Below are positions 21,547-31,818 of a DNA stretch of 64,000 nt, one piece after another. Each line of letters starts with the position of its first letter. The stretch's first letter is position 1. The notes beneath the pieces are model-generated. The model ran no database searches and was not told the origin of the DNA. It worked only from the letters and a program-made list of their open reading frames with translations. Origin of the DNA: an uncultured candidate division Zixibacteria bacterium. GTDB lineage: Bacteria > Zixibacteria > MSB-5A5 > UBA10806. The stretch spans positions 992,001 to 1,056,000 of the forward strand of contig CAWDFP010000006.1 in the NCBI GenBank assembly GCA_963801605.1. Direction: 5' to 3'. The position numbers and the translations under genes are program-made.

Positions 21547-24500
21547 ATGAAGAAGATTCTGACATTGCCCTTATATTTTCTGCTTCTCGCTGTTGTGATT
21601 GTCGGGGCGATTGTTTATATCTATTATTTTACTACTCTGCCTGAAACTGAGGCTAATAGCTGGTTAAGAAGTTTTTCTGAAAAGAGCCTGGGAGTGAATA
21701 TTAGCTTTCAGAAAATCAATCGCGACATCTGGAACGGGCTGAAGCTCGAGGGAGTTGAGGTTTTCCCACGGGGCGGGGCAGGCATGCCATTAATATATAT
21801 ATCGCAGCTCGAAGCCGGATACGATATTATGAATTTGGCTCGAGGGAATTATCGCTTTTCTTATATTAAAATTGACTCAATTTATGCCCATCCGCTTCCT
21901 GATGGTTTTAAGTTTCCGTCATCATCGCAAGGCGTGACAACTAAGCCATCGAAATTATCGCTTGCAATAGATCAGATAGCGTTAACCAAAGCCGTTATCG
22001 TGCTTAAAAACGGAAATACCCTGAATTTTGATTCCCTCAGATCGTCGCTTTCTATCAAAGATGGGAAACCCGATTTAAAGATTGATCATCTGGCAGGAGA
22101 CTGGCCGGCTCGCGATATTAGTCTTAATTCTCTTTCCGGCAGGCTAAGTGCAGAGAAAGATGGTTATCGAATTGATTCGCTTGAAATTTCGGCCGGTCAG
22201 ACAAGGGTTTCGCTTTCGGGCGCCGTTGGCAAGGAATTTACGAAGAATCTTAATTTAAGTTTCGCGACGAGATCCTTTGATTTCGATGATATTACTAAAT
22301 TAACCGGTACGCGGCTTTTTGGGGTTCTCGTCGGGAACGGAACTATTCGCGGCTCAATTGCTGATCTTTGGGGTGAAGCGAACCTTAACGGAACTTTTCT
22401 GGGCAAACCCTTTGAAAACTTCAAATGCAGTTATGCTTTTTCTAATAAGATACTCCAACTCAACTCGGTTACCGGTAAAATTGTTGAAGCTCCTTTTAAT
22501 GGCTCGGCAAAGTTTAATTTCGGAGTCAGGCCGGAGGAATATTCCCTTTCCGGAAAAGTCGAGCATTTGGATTTGAGAAATATTGGGCCCAAGCTTAAAA
22601 CCGATTTCAGCGGTACAGTTCACTTAAGCGGCGTAGGTTTCAAAGAAGAAAATATGGCTATGTCGCTTGAGGCCGATCTCGATTCGGTAAGAATCGAAAA
22701 TTATTATTTCGATCAGGTTTCCGGTCCGGTAACATTTGATCTTAAAAAGATAAATTTCCTACCGGGTTTTACTGCCAGATATAAAAATACGACTGTCTCC
22801 GGAACAGGTTATTTGGAATATATGGGAGACCTTGATATCACCGGAGACGTTGATTTTCAGGATCTTACCAATTTTACAGGTCAGATATTTCTTAAGGAGT
22901 TGGGTGGAAGGGGTACCGCCCAATTTCATGTCACCGGACCGACTCTCGATTTTAATGTTCATGCATCGTTCCAATCCGATTCCGTCTGGACCTATGGGCT
23001 CTATCCAAAACATCTTAATGTTAACACCGAACTGAAAACATTTATTACCCATCCCGTCGGAGAAGTTAACGCCGATTGGAATGGGGGAACACTTTATTCG
23101 CTGGACACCGATTCCGGTTATTTTCACGCGGCGGTTTCCGGAGTGCAGGTCTTCATTGATACGGTGTCGGCTAAAGGACCGCTTGGCTATCTGGCCATGA
23201 AAGGCCAGTACAATGGCACTACGGTTCCACCCGTATTCAGAGCCGATACGGCTTACGGGAGCGCGGCGGGGAATACGTTTTTCACACGCGAGCCGATTAT
23301 GCTTAATGTCCGTCCAACTACGACCGAATTCGAACGTTTTGTAGTGGGGATTGGCGGCGGCACGATCCAGGCGACCGGAGATGTTTCCAACGATCTAAAT
23401 CTCAATTTGGACGTCGTAGCCACCGGATTTGAAATCAAACCAATAGTCAATCAGTTTTACAAAGATAAAATCATAAGCGGTATCTGGTGGGGCCAGGCGA
23501 AGTTACGGGGCAATTTTACCGATCCTCAAATGGATTTCAATTTGGAAATCGACAGCCTGGCGGTAAACGATACGGTGCTTGGCGATCTGCATGCTCAGTT
23601 TATCTATCGCGATAAATACTTAAGTACCGATTCCACCCATCTGGCATCTAAATACGGGGATTATAATTTTTCCGGGAAAATACCGATTGATCTCTCTTTC
23701 AGCGAAGTGAAAAATAGATTTCCCGATAGCCTCATCGATCTGCGGATGACGGCGACAGGCAACCGGCTGCTGCTATCGGAGGTGTTTATTCCCTCTGTAG
23801 AACGGTTTCAAACCGATTTTACCGTCGGGATGCGCCTGGGAGGAACTTATTCCAAGCCAACCATCAGGGGTCAGGGCGCCCTGACCAACGGTACCCTAAA
23901 AGTTCTCGATTTGGTGGATCCCCTGACTAATGTCCGTGCTTATCTCAGGATGGAAAACGAGACAATCTATATTGATAGCATGACCGCTACTGCTCAAGGC
24001 GGCCAGGAACTGATTAAGCCGATTAGCGAAATCCTTTCGGTTGGCCGGAAAGGGGGCAAAGCGGTTCAGGTGGTAAGCGCCTCGGGAACTATCAAACTGC
24101 TTACCCTGGGCAATTTCGATTATAATATCGATGTTGCCGGTAAAAATTTTTATTTTCAAAGCGATGCTTATGATATCAGCGGCCTGGCGGATCTCAATGT
24201 GAAAGTCGTCGGCGCCAAAATTCCCACAATCCAGGGCATTGTAACTTTGAAGAGGCTTGATGTTCGTGACGAATTTGACAGATTTGTTACGCCCGAATAT
24301 AATCCCAGCGTGGTACTTGAAGACTCAACCATTTGGAATCTCGATCTGGCAATCAGCGCCGTAAACAATATTTGGATAAACAACAGCGATTTAAACGCCG
24401 AGCTAAAAGGCGATCTGCACGTAGAACGCCAATTAGGAATTCTGACTATTCTGGGCGAACTCGACATTATCAGGGGAACGTATAATTTGCTGGGCCAGAG

Positions 24501-25074
24501 ATTCCAATTTACATCGGGAACGATGCAGTTTCAAAATGTTTCCACTGTAAACCCCAATATTAACTTTGTAATATCGACCAGGTTGCGCAGCCAGGCGAAC
24601 CAGGCATCAACTGATGTTGATCTGAATATCACCGGCACTTTACTTGAACCTAAAATCGGAGTATCGTCGGCATCGGCAGTTTCTAATGAAGATCTTCTGA
24701 AATACCTGGTGACTGGCAGTCAGGTAAATCCATTAGGCACATCGACATCTAATTTTTCCCGGAGCCTGGTTAGTAGTCTATCATCTACAATACCAACTTT
24801 TTTCCCGGGCCTAAGGGGGGCAGGCCTATTCGAAGAACTGGATATTTACCCAACTCCGAGCGGCACCCAGCTTTCACTGGCAAAATATCTTTCCAGGAGC
24901 TTGTCGATAAGCTATTCGCAAACGATAACCAGTCAGCAGCAGGCAGGCAGGACAATTGGAGTGGAATACTATTTAAATAATAATGTATCGCTAAACGTCA
25001 CACAGGGCCTCCAGGGCACATCGCAAAGCAATGAAGGAATATCTTTCGACCTTAATCTTAATTTCGAGTATTAG
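21547..25074 (+). CDS. tamB: translocation and assembly module TamB (DUF490)
   Basis: N-terminal TM anchor, long beta-rich repeats, C-terminal GTLLEPKI..S / D.L.YL..G / KYLS, ends FEY. Confidence 0.8.
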   Translation: MKKILTLPLYFLLLAVVIVGAIVYIYYFTTLPETEANSWLRSFSEKSLGVNISFQKINRDIWNGLKLEGVEVFPRGGAGMPLIYISQLEAGYDIMNLARGNYRFSYIKIDSIYAHPLPDGFKFPSSSQGVTTKPSKLSLAIDQIALTKAVIVLKNGNTLNFDSLRSSLSIKDGKPDLKIDHLAGDWPARDISLNSLSGRLSAEKDGYRIDSLEISAGQTRVSLSGAVGKEFTKNLNLSFATRSFDFDDITKLTGTRLFGVLVGNGTIRGSIADLWGEANLNGTFLGKPFENFKCSYAFSNKILQLNSVTGKIVEAPFNGSAKFNFGVRPEEYSLSGKVEHLDLRNIGPKLKTDFSGTVHLSGVGFKEENMAMSLEADLDSVRIENYYFDQVSGPVTFDLKKINFLPGFTARYKNTTVSGTGYLEYMGDLDITGDVDFQDLTNFTGQIFLKELGGRGTAQFHVTGPTLDFNVHASFQSDSVWTYGLYPKHLNVNTELKTFITHPVGEVNADWNGGTLYSLDTDSGYFHAAVSGVQVFIDTVSAKGPLGYLAMKGQYNGTTVPPVFRADTAYGSAAGNTFFTREPIMLNVRPTTTEFERFVVGIGGGTIQATGDVSNDLNLNLDVVATGFEIKPIVNQFYKDKIISGIWWGQAKLRGNFTDPQMDFNLEIDSLAVNDTVLGDLHAQFIYRDKYLSTDSTHLASKYGDYNFSGKIPIDLSFSEVKNRFPDSLIDLRMTATGNRLLLSEVFIPSVERFQTDFTVGMRLGGTYSKPTIRGQGALTNGTLKVLDLVDPLTNVRAYLRMENETIYIDSMTATAQGGQELIKPISEILSVGRKGGKAVQVVSASGTIKLLTLGNFDYNIDVAGKNFYFQSDAYDISGLADLNVKVVGAKIPTIQGIVTLKRLDVRDEFDRFVTPEYNPSVVLEDSTIWNLDLAISAVNNIWINNSDLNAELKGDLHVERQLGILTILGELDIIRGTYNLLGQRFQFTSGTMQFQNVSTVNPNINFVISTRLRSQANQASTDVDLNITGTLLEPKIGVSSASAVSNEDLLKYLVTGSQVNPLGTSTSNFSRSLVSSLSSTIPTFFPGLRGAGLFEELDIYPTPSGTQLSLAKYLSRSLSISYSQTITSQQQAGRTIGVEYYLNNNVSLNVTQGLQGTSQSNEGISFDLNLNFEY

Positions 25075-26998
25075 TTTAATTCTTCTTTTTCCGAATCTAC
25101 TGTTGGCGCAGCGGGTGGTGGAACGTATTGATCAGCAGCCATCCTACAAACGTCCGCTCGTGGAAAGGGTAGAGTTGAAAGGCGTTCGTGCGTTCAGTTC
25201 GGGAGATATAAAAAAGCTTCTCTACACTAAACCCAATCATTGGTTTAATTTTCTCCAAAAACGGTATCTATCCAAATCGAATGTCAGGATCGACGAAGAA
25301 ACGATAAGACGTTTCTATATGCGCAGAGGCTATCTTTTTACTCAGGTTCAATCCGATATAACCTATCCGAAACAGAATAAAGCCGATGTTACCTTTTTTA
25401 TAGATGAGGGAAAGCAAACCTATCTAAAAGCAGTATCTATCGAGGGAGGCCTCGATTATATAAATCGCAAGTTTGGTGTGCCGCTCTCAATCCTCAAAAT
25501 TGGCAAGCCTATCAACGCCGAGGATGTGACCTCTAATGGTTTCAAACTGCGCGATCTCTATGCCGATAACGGATATCCCTATGCAATTGATTCGAGCCGT
25601 TATGAATTTTACGGCGATAGCACTCAGGCTTCATTAACTTATGCTGTGGCGGAATCCGTCTTTACGGTTAACGATACGACCAGATTGGTAACCAAAGCCA
25701 GAACCAGAACTCACGTCATTTACAGGGAAATCGTCGCCAAACCCGGCAGGATGTATCGCCAGAAAGATATCACCGATTCCGAACAAAGGCTCTATACATC
25801 GGGCCTGTTTAAATTCGTAAGTATGCGTCGAAACGATTCCACGGCCGTGATTAAAAATGATACCTGCCATGTGGGTTTCGATTTAGGGATCGATGAGCGA
25901 AAGCCATATTTCTGGGGCTTGGGTTTGGGTTTGGGAAGTCAACAGAATTCGCCGGTGGTCTTGCGCACGTCCGCTCAATGGGGGATTAGAAATATTGCCG
26001 GAACAGGCCGCGGATTTGTTTTCAGCGTTAAACCCTATTTTCAGGTGGCCAATACCAAAAATGGAAGTTTGTCCAGCGTGCATCTCTCCAATCTTGTTAA
26101 AAAAATATATTTAACAATGATCAGTTCCAATATCGAACTCGATTATGTGGCTCCCTGGATGTTGAAATATAGAGTACCGGTCACTGCCAAGATAATTTAT
26201 GAGCCCTATACGCTTTTTCCGGGAGTGCCCAAAGGTCAGGGTGTCGATACTGTCAGTGTGCCGGCCTACAGATTCGATCGATTTTCGGGAGAGGTAGTCT
26301 TTTCCAGAGAAATTGATCGCTTTACTACTACACAGCTCACAGCCAGCGCCGACTATGTAAAAATTAGAAAAGTTCCTCCCGACTCGGCGGCCTTCTATAG
26401 AGATCAGGGAAATAATCAGATCAGAAGGAGACTTCTGCTTTACACTCAGCGCGATACCAGAGACAATTTCCTTGTGCCCCAAAAAGGCTCATATTCATTT
26501 GGCGGTATAGAATATGTCGGCGGAATTTTGGGCGGCGATTTTACATATTATAAACTGCAATTTTCCTGGAGCCGTTATCAATCATTAATAGGTTCGAATA
26601 TTCTTGCCACCCGCATCTGGTTAGGATGGCTTAACGATAATTTCCATAATGGCCGTTCCGCAATCGCTGACAGATTCTTGATCGGAGGCTCAACCACCAT
26701 CAGAGGTTATCTCGAAAACAGCATCAATCCCGATGGTGGCCGCTATCTAATGTTAGGCAATGCCGAAATCCGGAGGCCTTTGTTCTGGAGATTTGGAGGC
26801 ACCGCTTTTATCGATGCCGGTAACGCCTATTCTCGGCTTAAAGAGTTTGACGCCATGTCCATCCGTTTTTCGACCGGCCTTGGTGTACAGTTCTTCACGC
26901 CCGTTGGACCCATAAGACTCGATTACGCGGTCCGGCTGAAAAAACAGTTTGACTTATCTGCGGGGCTTTTCCATTTTGCGATATTATATGCATACTAA
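25031..26998 (+). CDS. Omp85 family protein (TamA/BamA-like)
   Basis: POTRA repeats, IGG.TTIRGY, TPVGPIRLDYA; adjacent to tamB. Confidence 0.85.
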   Translation: MKEYLSTLILISSISLILLFPNLLLAQRVVERIDQQPSYKRPLVERVELKGVRAFSSGDIKKLLYTKPNHWFNFLQKRYLSKSNVRIDEETIRRFYMRRGYLFTQVQSDITYPKQNKADVTFFIDEGKQTYLKAVSIEGGLDYINRKFGVPLSILKIGKPINAEDVTSNGFKLRDLYADNGYPYAIDSSRYEFYGDSTQASLTYAVAESVFTVNDTTRLVTKARTRTHVIYREIVAKPGRMYRQKDITDSEQRLYTSGLFKFVSMRRNDSTAVIKNDTCHVGFDLGIDERKPYFWGLGLGLGSQQNSPVVLRTSAQWGIRNIAGTGRGFVFSVKPYFQVANTKNGSLSSVHLSNLVKKIYLTMISSNIELDYVAPWMLKYRVPVTAKIIYEPYTLFPGVPKGQGVDTVSVPAYRFDRFSGEVVFSREIDRFTTTQLTASADYVKIRKVPPDSAAFYRDQGNNQIRRRLLLYTQRDTRDNFLVPQKGSYSFGGIEYVGGILGGDFTYYKLQFSWSRYQSLIGSNILATRIWLGWLNDNFHNGRSAIADRFLIGGSTTIRGYLENSINPDGGRYLMLGNAEIRRPLFWRFGGTAFIDAGNAYSRLKEFDAMSIRFSTGLGVQFFTPVGPIRLDYAVRLKKQFDLSAGLFHFAILYAY

Positions 26999-27728
26999 TA
27001 AGCCCAAAATAGGGATAACACTCTCCGAAACCGTTTATTCGGAAAACTATCGCTGGCCGGCGCGTAAGCGCTTCGACTACCTTAAACGCGAGTATTATGA
27101 GGCTATCCTTAAAGTTGGTGGCATGCCAATCCTCCTGCCCAATGTTGAACCCCCAACCGCTATAGACGAGGTCATCGATACACTTAATGGCCTCCTTGTT
27201 ACCGGGGGAGGCGACCTGGAGCCGGCGACCTATGGTCAGGCCCCGCTTTCCGGGAGCACCGAAACAAACGCCAGAGACACTTTTGAATTGACTCTACTCG
27301 AAAAGGCAATATCCAGAAAATGGCCGGTTTTAGGCATCTGTCGAGGCCACCAGGCGCTAAACGTGGCTCTGGGCGGGACTTTGTACCAGGACCTTACCTG
27401 TATACCATTTAAGACCTTACCTCATGCCGACCCCCAGCAAACCGGCAGGATTTTCCATGATGTTACTATCGATTCCGATAGTAAGCTTTTTGCGGTAATA
27501 GGGGCAGAATCGATCCAAACTAATTCCAGCCATCATCAAACGATTGATAGGCTTGGACGAGGGCTAAAAGCGGTTGCCTTTGCCCCTGATGGTGTGATCG
27601 AAGCCATCGAGCATACTGCCTCGGAGTTTGTATTAGGGGTCCAATGGCATCCCGAGGGGATATTTGAAAGCGAACACAGCCTCAAAATATTTACCGCTTT
27701 TGTCGAAAATGCCCGCCGATTAATGTAG
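26988..27728 (+). CDS. gamma-glutamyl-gamma-aminobutyrate hydrolase family (peptidase C26)
   Basis: LGICRGHQ, NSSHHQ, GVQWHPE. Confidence 0.88.
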   Translation: MHTNKPKIGITLSETVYSENYRWPARKRFDYLKREYYEAILKVGGMPILLPNVEPPTAIDEVIDTLNGLLVTGGGDLEPATYGQAPLSGSTETNARDTFELTLLEKAISRKWPVLGICRGHQALNVALGGTLYQDLTCIPFKTLPHADPQQTGRIFHDVTIDSDSKLFAVIGAESIQTNSSHHQTIDRLGRGLKAVAFAPDGVIEAIEHTASEFVLGVQWHPEGIFESEHSLKIFTAFVENARRLM

Positions 27729-27731
27729 ACC

Positions 27732-27773
27732 ATAAAACTCTCTATTGACAGTTTTATCGCTCCTAACTATATT
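27732..27773 (+). promoter_or_regulatory. sigma70 promoter of iscS with overlapping inverted repeat
   Basis: TTGACA (27745-50), 17 nt, TATATT (27768-73); ATAAAACT-N10-AGTTTTAT at 27732-27757. Confidence 0.7.
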
Positions 27774-27800
27774 TGCATGGTTAATTATTGGGAGAAATTG

Positions 27801-28970
27801 ATGAGAAACGTTTACCTTGATCATAATGCCACTACTCCAGTTCACCCGGATGTTCTGGAAGCTATGTTGCCATTTTTTAGCGAGAGATTTGGCAATGCCA
27901 GCTCTATCCATACCAGCGGACGCGACGCCAAAGCGGCCTTAGAGGACGCTCGAAATAAAATCGCGGAGCTTCTTGCCTGCAAATCATCGGAAATTTATTT
28001 TACATCGGGCGGCACCGAATCGGACAACTTCGCAATTAAAGGCACAGCCTTTGCCAATAGAAGCAAAGGTAAGCATATAATCACGTCACCAATAGAGCAT
28101 CATGCCGTCACAAGATCCTGCGAATTCCTTCAAAAAGAGGGATTCGAGATCACTTACTTGCCGGTCGATTCCGTAGGTTTGGTTGATCCTGATGAGCTTC
28201 GACGTGCCATAAAAAGCAATACTACTCTGGTTACAATAATGTATGCGAACAATGAGACCGGTATCATTCAAGATCTCAAGGAACTTGTCTCGGTGGCACA
28301 TCAAAGTGGTGTATACTTTCATACCGATGCCGTCCAGGCTACCGGTAAGATGGCATATAAAATCCCCGAATTGGGATGTGATTTGCTTTCGATTTCGGCT
28401 CATAAGCTTTACGGTCCTAAGGGAGTCGGTCTTCTTTATGTTAAATCCGGCACAAAAATCCAACCCTGGAACGAAGGAGGCGGCCACGAGCGAGGCCGTC
28501 GCGCCGGTACCGAAAATGTCGCTGGAATAGTCGGCCTGGCCAAAGCCCTTGAAATTGCTTATCGCGATATGGAGAAGGAAACAACCAAGCTTCTATCATT
28601 AACTCACCGTTTTTATGAATTAATCAAGGAGCGGATTCCGGATATCCGTCTTAACGGAAGTTTTGAACGGCGCGTCCCCAATACGTTGAATATCTCCTTT
28701 AAAGCAATCGAGGGAGAATCGATGATCCTTTCTCTTGATATGAAAGGTGTTTCCGTATCATCCGGCTCAGCATGCACTTCTGGAGCGACGGAACCTTCGC
28801 ATGTTCTCTTAGCTATGAAAGTACCGCCGGAATTAGCGCATGGTTCGCTGCGCTTTTCATTCGGCCGAAGTAATAGCGACGAGGATATTGATTATGTGGT
28901 TGACGTATTGGCCAAAGAAGTGCAACGTTTAAGGAATATCTCCCCGCTTTACGTTAAATCGGGGAATTAA
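27801..28970 (+). CDS. iscS: cysteine desulfurase IscS/NifS
   Basis: YLDHNATT, SAHKLYGPKG, SSGSACTS. Confidence 0.93.
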   Translation: MRNVYLDHNATTPVHPDVLEAMLPFFSERFGNASSIHTSGRDAKAALEDARNKIAELLACKSSEIYFTSGGTESDNFAIKGTAFANRSKGKHIITSPIEHHAVTRSCEFLQKEGFEITYLPVDSVGLVDPDELRRAIKSNTTLVTIMYANNETGIIQDLKELVSVAHQSGVYFHTDAVQATGKMAYKIPELGCDLLSISAHKLYGPKGVGLLYVKSGTKIQPWNEGGGHERGRRAGTENVAGIVGLAKALEIAYRDMEKETTKLLSLTHRFYELIKERIPDIRLNGSFERRVPNTLNISFKAIEGESMILSLDMKGVSVSSGSACTSGATEPSHVLLAMKVPPELAHGSLRFSFGRSNSDEDIDYVVDVLAKEVQRLRNISPLYVKSGN

Positions 28971-28991
28971 TTATAATTAATATTTTCGAGG

Positions 28992-29017
28992 AGCCCCGGT
29001 CGCTCCGGGGCTTTTTT
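28992..29017 (+). terminator. terminator-like hairpin between iscS and mnmA
   Basis: AGCCCCGG-TCGCT-CCGGGGCT followed by T-run. Confidence 0.65.
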
Positions 29018-29022
29018 CATAG

Positions 29023-30096
29023 ATGAAAGTACTTGTAGGAATGTCAGGCGGTGTGGATAGCTCGGTCGCTGCCGCTTTATTGTTGGAGCAGGGATATGAT
29101 GTCGTTGGTGTCACCCTGAAGCTCTATGACTATGCCGAGCTTGATTTCGAGCCACCCGATGGTGGTTGCTGTTCGCTCGATCACATTAACGATGCGCGTG
29201 CCGTGTGTGCAAAACTGGGAGTCCCGCACTATGTCATCGATCTACAGGAATCATTCCGTAAAAATGTAATTGATAAATTTGCTGATCAATACAGCAGGGG
29301 CAGAACGCCAAACCCATGTATCGATTGCAATCGTTTCTTGAAATGGGGCGAGATGCTTTCGGTTGCCGACAAGCTTGGATGCGAATTTGTTGCGACCGGA
29401 CACTACGCCAGAATTGAGAGAATGGGCCAATCCGTGAATCTGTTCAAAGCGCGTGATAATAATAAGGATCAATCGTACGCACTTTGGGGAATCGGATCAG
29501 TGGCGTTAGCGCGCACGCTTTTGCCAGTAGGCGAGTTTACCAAGCCCGAAATACGCGATATTGCTCAAAAGCATGGCTTCCGCAACGCCAACAGGCCGGA
29601 TAGCCAGGATATCTGTTTTGTGCCAGCGGGAGACTATGCGTCAATTGTTAAAAAATATCGTCAAGCTTCTGATGGATCGCTGCAGCCAGGCCCAATCTTG
29701 GATAGCAATGGCAAAAAGATCGGCGAGCATAAAGGGTATGCCTATTATACGATCGGACAAAGACGGGGATTTGGTATCGCCGCTAAGGAACCGCTGTATG
29801 TTACGAAAATAAATCCTACGGATCGCAGCATAACCGTGGGTAGGGATGAGGATCTTTTTCGGAAGCGATTCTCTGTCGTCGATATCAATCTTCTGACATC
29901 CGAAATGCCGGAAATCGTGACCGTAAAAATCAGGTATAAGCACCAGGGAAGCAAGGCGATTGTGGAGCTATCGCCAGATGGCGCTATGGTATCATTTTTA
30001 GAACCGGAACGCGCCATTACTTCAGGGCAATCGGCGGTATTCTATGATGGAGATCGTGTCCTGGGGGGCGGGGTAATCGATAAATTACTGGACTGA
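29023..30096 (+). CDS. mnmA: tRNA 2-thiouridylase MnmA
   Basis: MSGGVDSS, TPNPCIDCN, ATGHYA, KDQSY, DSQDICF, YTIGQR. Confidence 0.96.
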   Translation: MKVLVGMSGGVDSSVAAALLLEQGYDVVGVTLKLYDYAELDFEPPDGGCCSLDHINDARAVCAKLGVPHYVIDLQESFRKNVIDKFADQYSRGRTPNPCIDCNRFLKWGEMLSVADKLGCEFVATGHYARIERMGQSVNLFKARDNNKDQSYALWGIGSVALARTLLPVGEFTKPEIRDIAQKHGFRNANRPDSQDICFVPAGDYASIVKKYRQASDGSLQPGPILDSNGKKIGEHKGYAYYTIGQRRGFGIAAKEPLYVTKINPTDRSITVGRDEDLFRKRFSVVDINLLTSEMPEIVTVKIRYKHQGSKAIVELSPDGAMVSFLEPERAITSGQSAVFYDGDRVLGGGVIDKLLD

Positions 30097-30111
30097 ATTG
30101 GTAATAATTTA

Positions 30112-30140
30112 TTGACAGCTTCAATCAGTAGAAATAGATT
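30112..30140 (+). promoter_or_regulatory. sigma70-like promoter
   Basis: TTGACA, 17 nt, TAGATT upstream of 30167. Confidence 0.6.
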
Positions 30141-30166
30141 TCGTAAACGATAGAAGGGAGGTTGGT

Positions 30167-30853
30167 ATGGTCAATGTAACCTTTATCGGGCATTCCTGCT
30201 TTTTGCTGGATAATGGCACTCACAAGATCCTCATCGACCCATTTATTTCCGGAAATCCGATAGCCAAAATATCCGCGGAACAAAAGAAAGCTGATTTCAT
30301 ACTGATATCTCATGGTCACGGCGATCATTTGGGTGACGCCATCGAATTGGCTAAAACCAACGAGGCGACTATCATCGCCAATAATGAAATAGCCAATTAT
30401 TGTGGCAGTAAAGGCGTAAAAAAGGTTCACCCGCTCCATATCGGAGGCGGGCACACATTTCCTTTTGGATCGGTTAAGCTTACCATAGCTCATCACGGCT
30501 CAACTTTGGGAAACGAGTTCGCTTACGGCGGCGAGCCTGCCGGAATACTGATACGTACAGATGGCATGGTTATTTATCACGCCGGCGATACTGGACTTTT
30601 CCTGGATATGAAGCTAATCGGTGAACTCGATAAAATCGATTTGGCCCTTTTGCCTATCGGAGGCAATTTTACTATGGATGTATCGGATGCTGCCAAGGCT
30701 GTGGAATTCTTACGTCCGCGCTATGCTATACCTATGCACTATAATACCAACCATTTTATTACCGCCGATCCCCATGATTTTGTAAGTAAAATAAAACCCT
30801 TAGGAGCCGAGGGTATTATCTTAAATCCCGGCGAAAACTTCGAGCTAAAGTGA
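30167..30853 (+). CDS. UPF0173 metal-dependent hydrolase (MBL fold)
   Basis: SHGHGDH, YHAGDT, LLPIGGNFTM, IPMHYNT. Confidence 0.9.
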   Translation: MVNVTFIGHSCFLLDNGTHKILIDPFISGNPIAKISAEQKKADFILISHGHGDHLGDAIELAKTNEATIIANNEIANYCGSKGVKKVHPLHIGGGHTFPFGSVKLTIAHHGSTLGNEFAYGGEPAGILIRTDGMVIYHAGDTGLFLDMKLIGELDKIDLALLPIGGNFTMDVSDAAKAVEFLRPRYAIPMHYNTNHFITADPHDFVSKIKPLGAEGIILNPGENFELK

Positions 30854-31818
30854 TACTGGCGAATTGCAGAAAATTAGAAGCCCGGATACGAGTTCTGGGC
30901 TTTTTATTTCTGTTGTTTTTAATTTCAGGTAATTCACATTCGGCCCAGGTCACTTCTTCTTTTCAGGTTCTACCATCCAACGATATTTACGTCGATTCAG
31001 CCCGCTACTTCCTTGATTTTTTTGAACAGAGGCTTTCAAAAACACTTGGATTTACCCTGGATACAACGGTAACGCTTTTTCTGGCAACTAACGATGCTGA
31101 GTTTGTAAAGGATGCCGGTGTTACTCCTCCTGATTGGGGAGCAGGTCTGGCCCTTCTGGATCAGGCTCGCATTGTAATTAAATCACCTAAATACATGCCA
31201 ATTAATCGATCATTTCGTGAGCTTATTGGCCATGAACTGGCTCATATTATGCTTTATCGCGCCGCTGGTGGCCGTTGGCTGCCCCGCTGGCTGCAGGAGG
31301 GGTTTGCCATGTATTCCTCAGGCGAATGGCATATCGGGCAGGATATCCTCGTTGCCCGGGCCGCCTGGACCGGCCGATTGATCCCTCTTCATAAAATGGA
31401 AGACCTGATTACTTTTAAAGGAGGCCAGGCGCAGCTTTCCTATACCGAATCATATCTGGCGGTAAATCATCTCCTTACGAAAGCTGATCCATACTTGCTC
31501 TCCGATTTTTTGACGATGTACAGATCCAACGGCGATTTTTACGCTGATTGGAAAAAGATGGTCGGTCAGGATTATGTGGCTTGGATAACAAGCTGGCTGA
31601 CCGGTACGTCAAGGGAATATCATTTTTTCATCTTTTTACTGGATAACGAAATGTTTTGGATAATTTTGGCCGCACTGTTTATACTGCTGTTTGTCCTTAA
31701 GAAAAGGCAGAATGCCAGGACGAAAAGACGCTGGGAGATCGAGGAGAAACTTAATCCTCCTGATGACAGCTATAAAAGCTATTACGATGGATATTATGAT
31801 GAAGAAGATAAGGTATGA
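30850..31818 (+). CDS. peptidase MA-like zinc metalloprotease, membrane anchored
   Basis: HELAH (HExxH), PRWLQEG, C-terminal TM. Confidence 0.75.
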   Translation: MILANCRKLEARIRVLGFLFLLFLISGNSHSAQVTSSFQVLPSNDIYVDSARYFLDFFEQRLSKTLGFTLDTTVTLFLATNDAEFVKDAGVTPPDWGAGLALLDQARIVIKSPKYMPINRSFRELIGHELAHIMLYRAAGGRWLPRWLQEGFAMYSSGEWHIGQDILVARAAWTGRLIPLHKMEDLITFKGGQAQLSYTESYLAVNHLLTKADPYLLSDFLTMYRSNGDFYADWKKMVGQDYVAWITSWLTGTSREYHFFIFLLDNEMFWIILAALFILLFVLKKRQNARTKRRWEIEEKLNPPDDSYKSYYDGYYDEEDKV

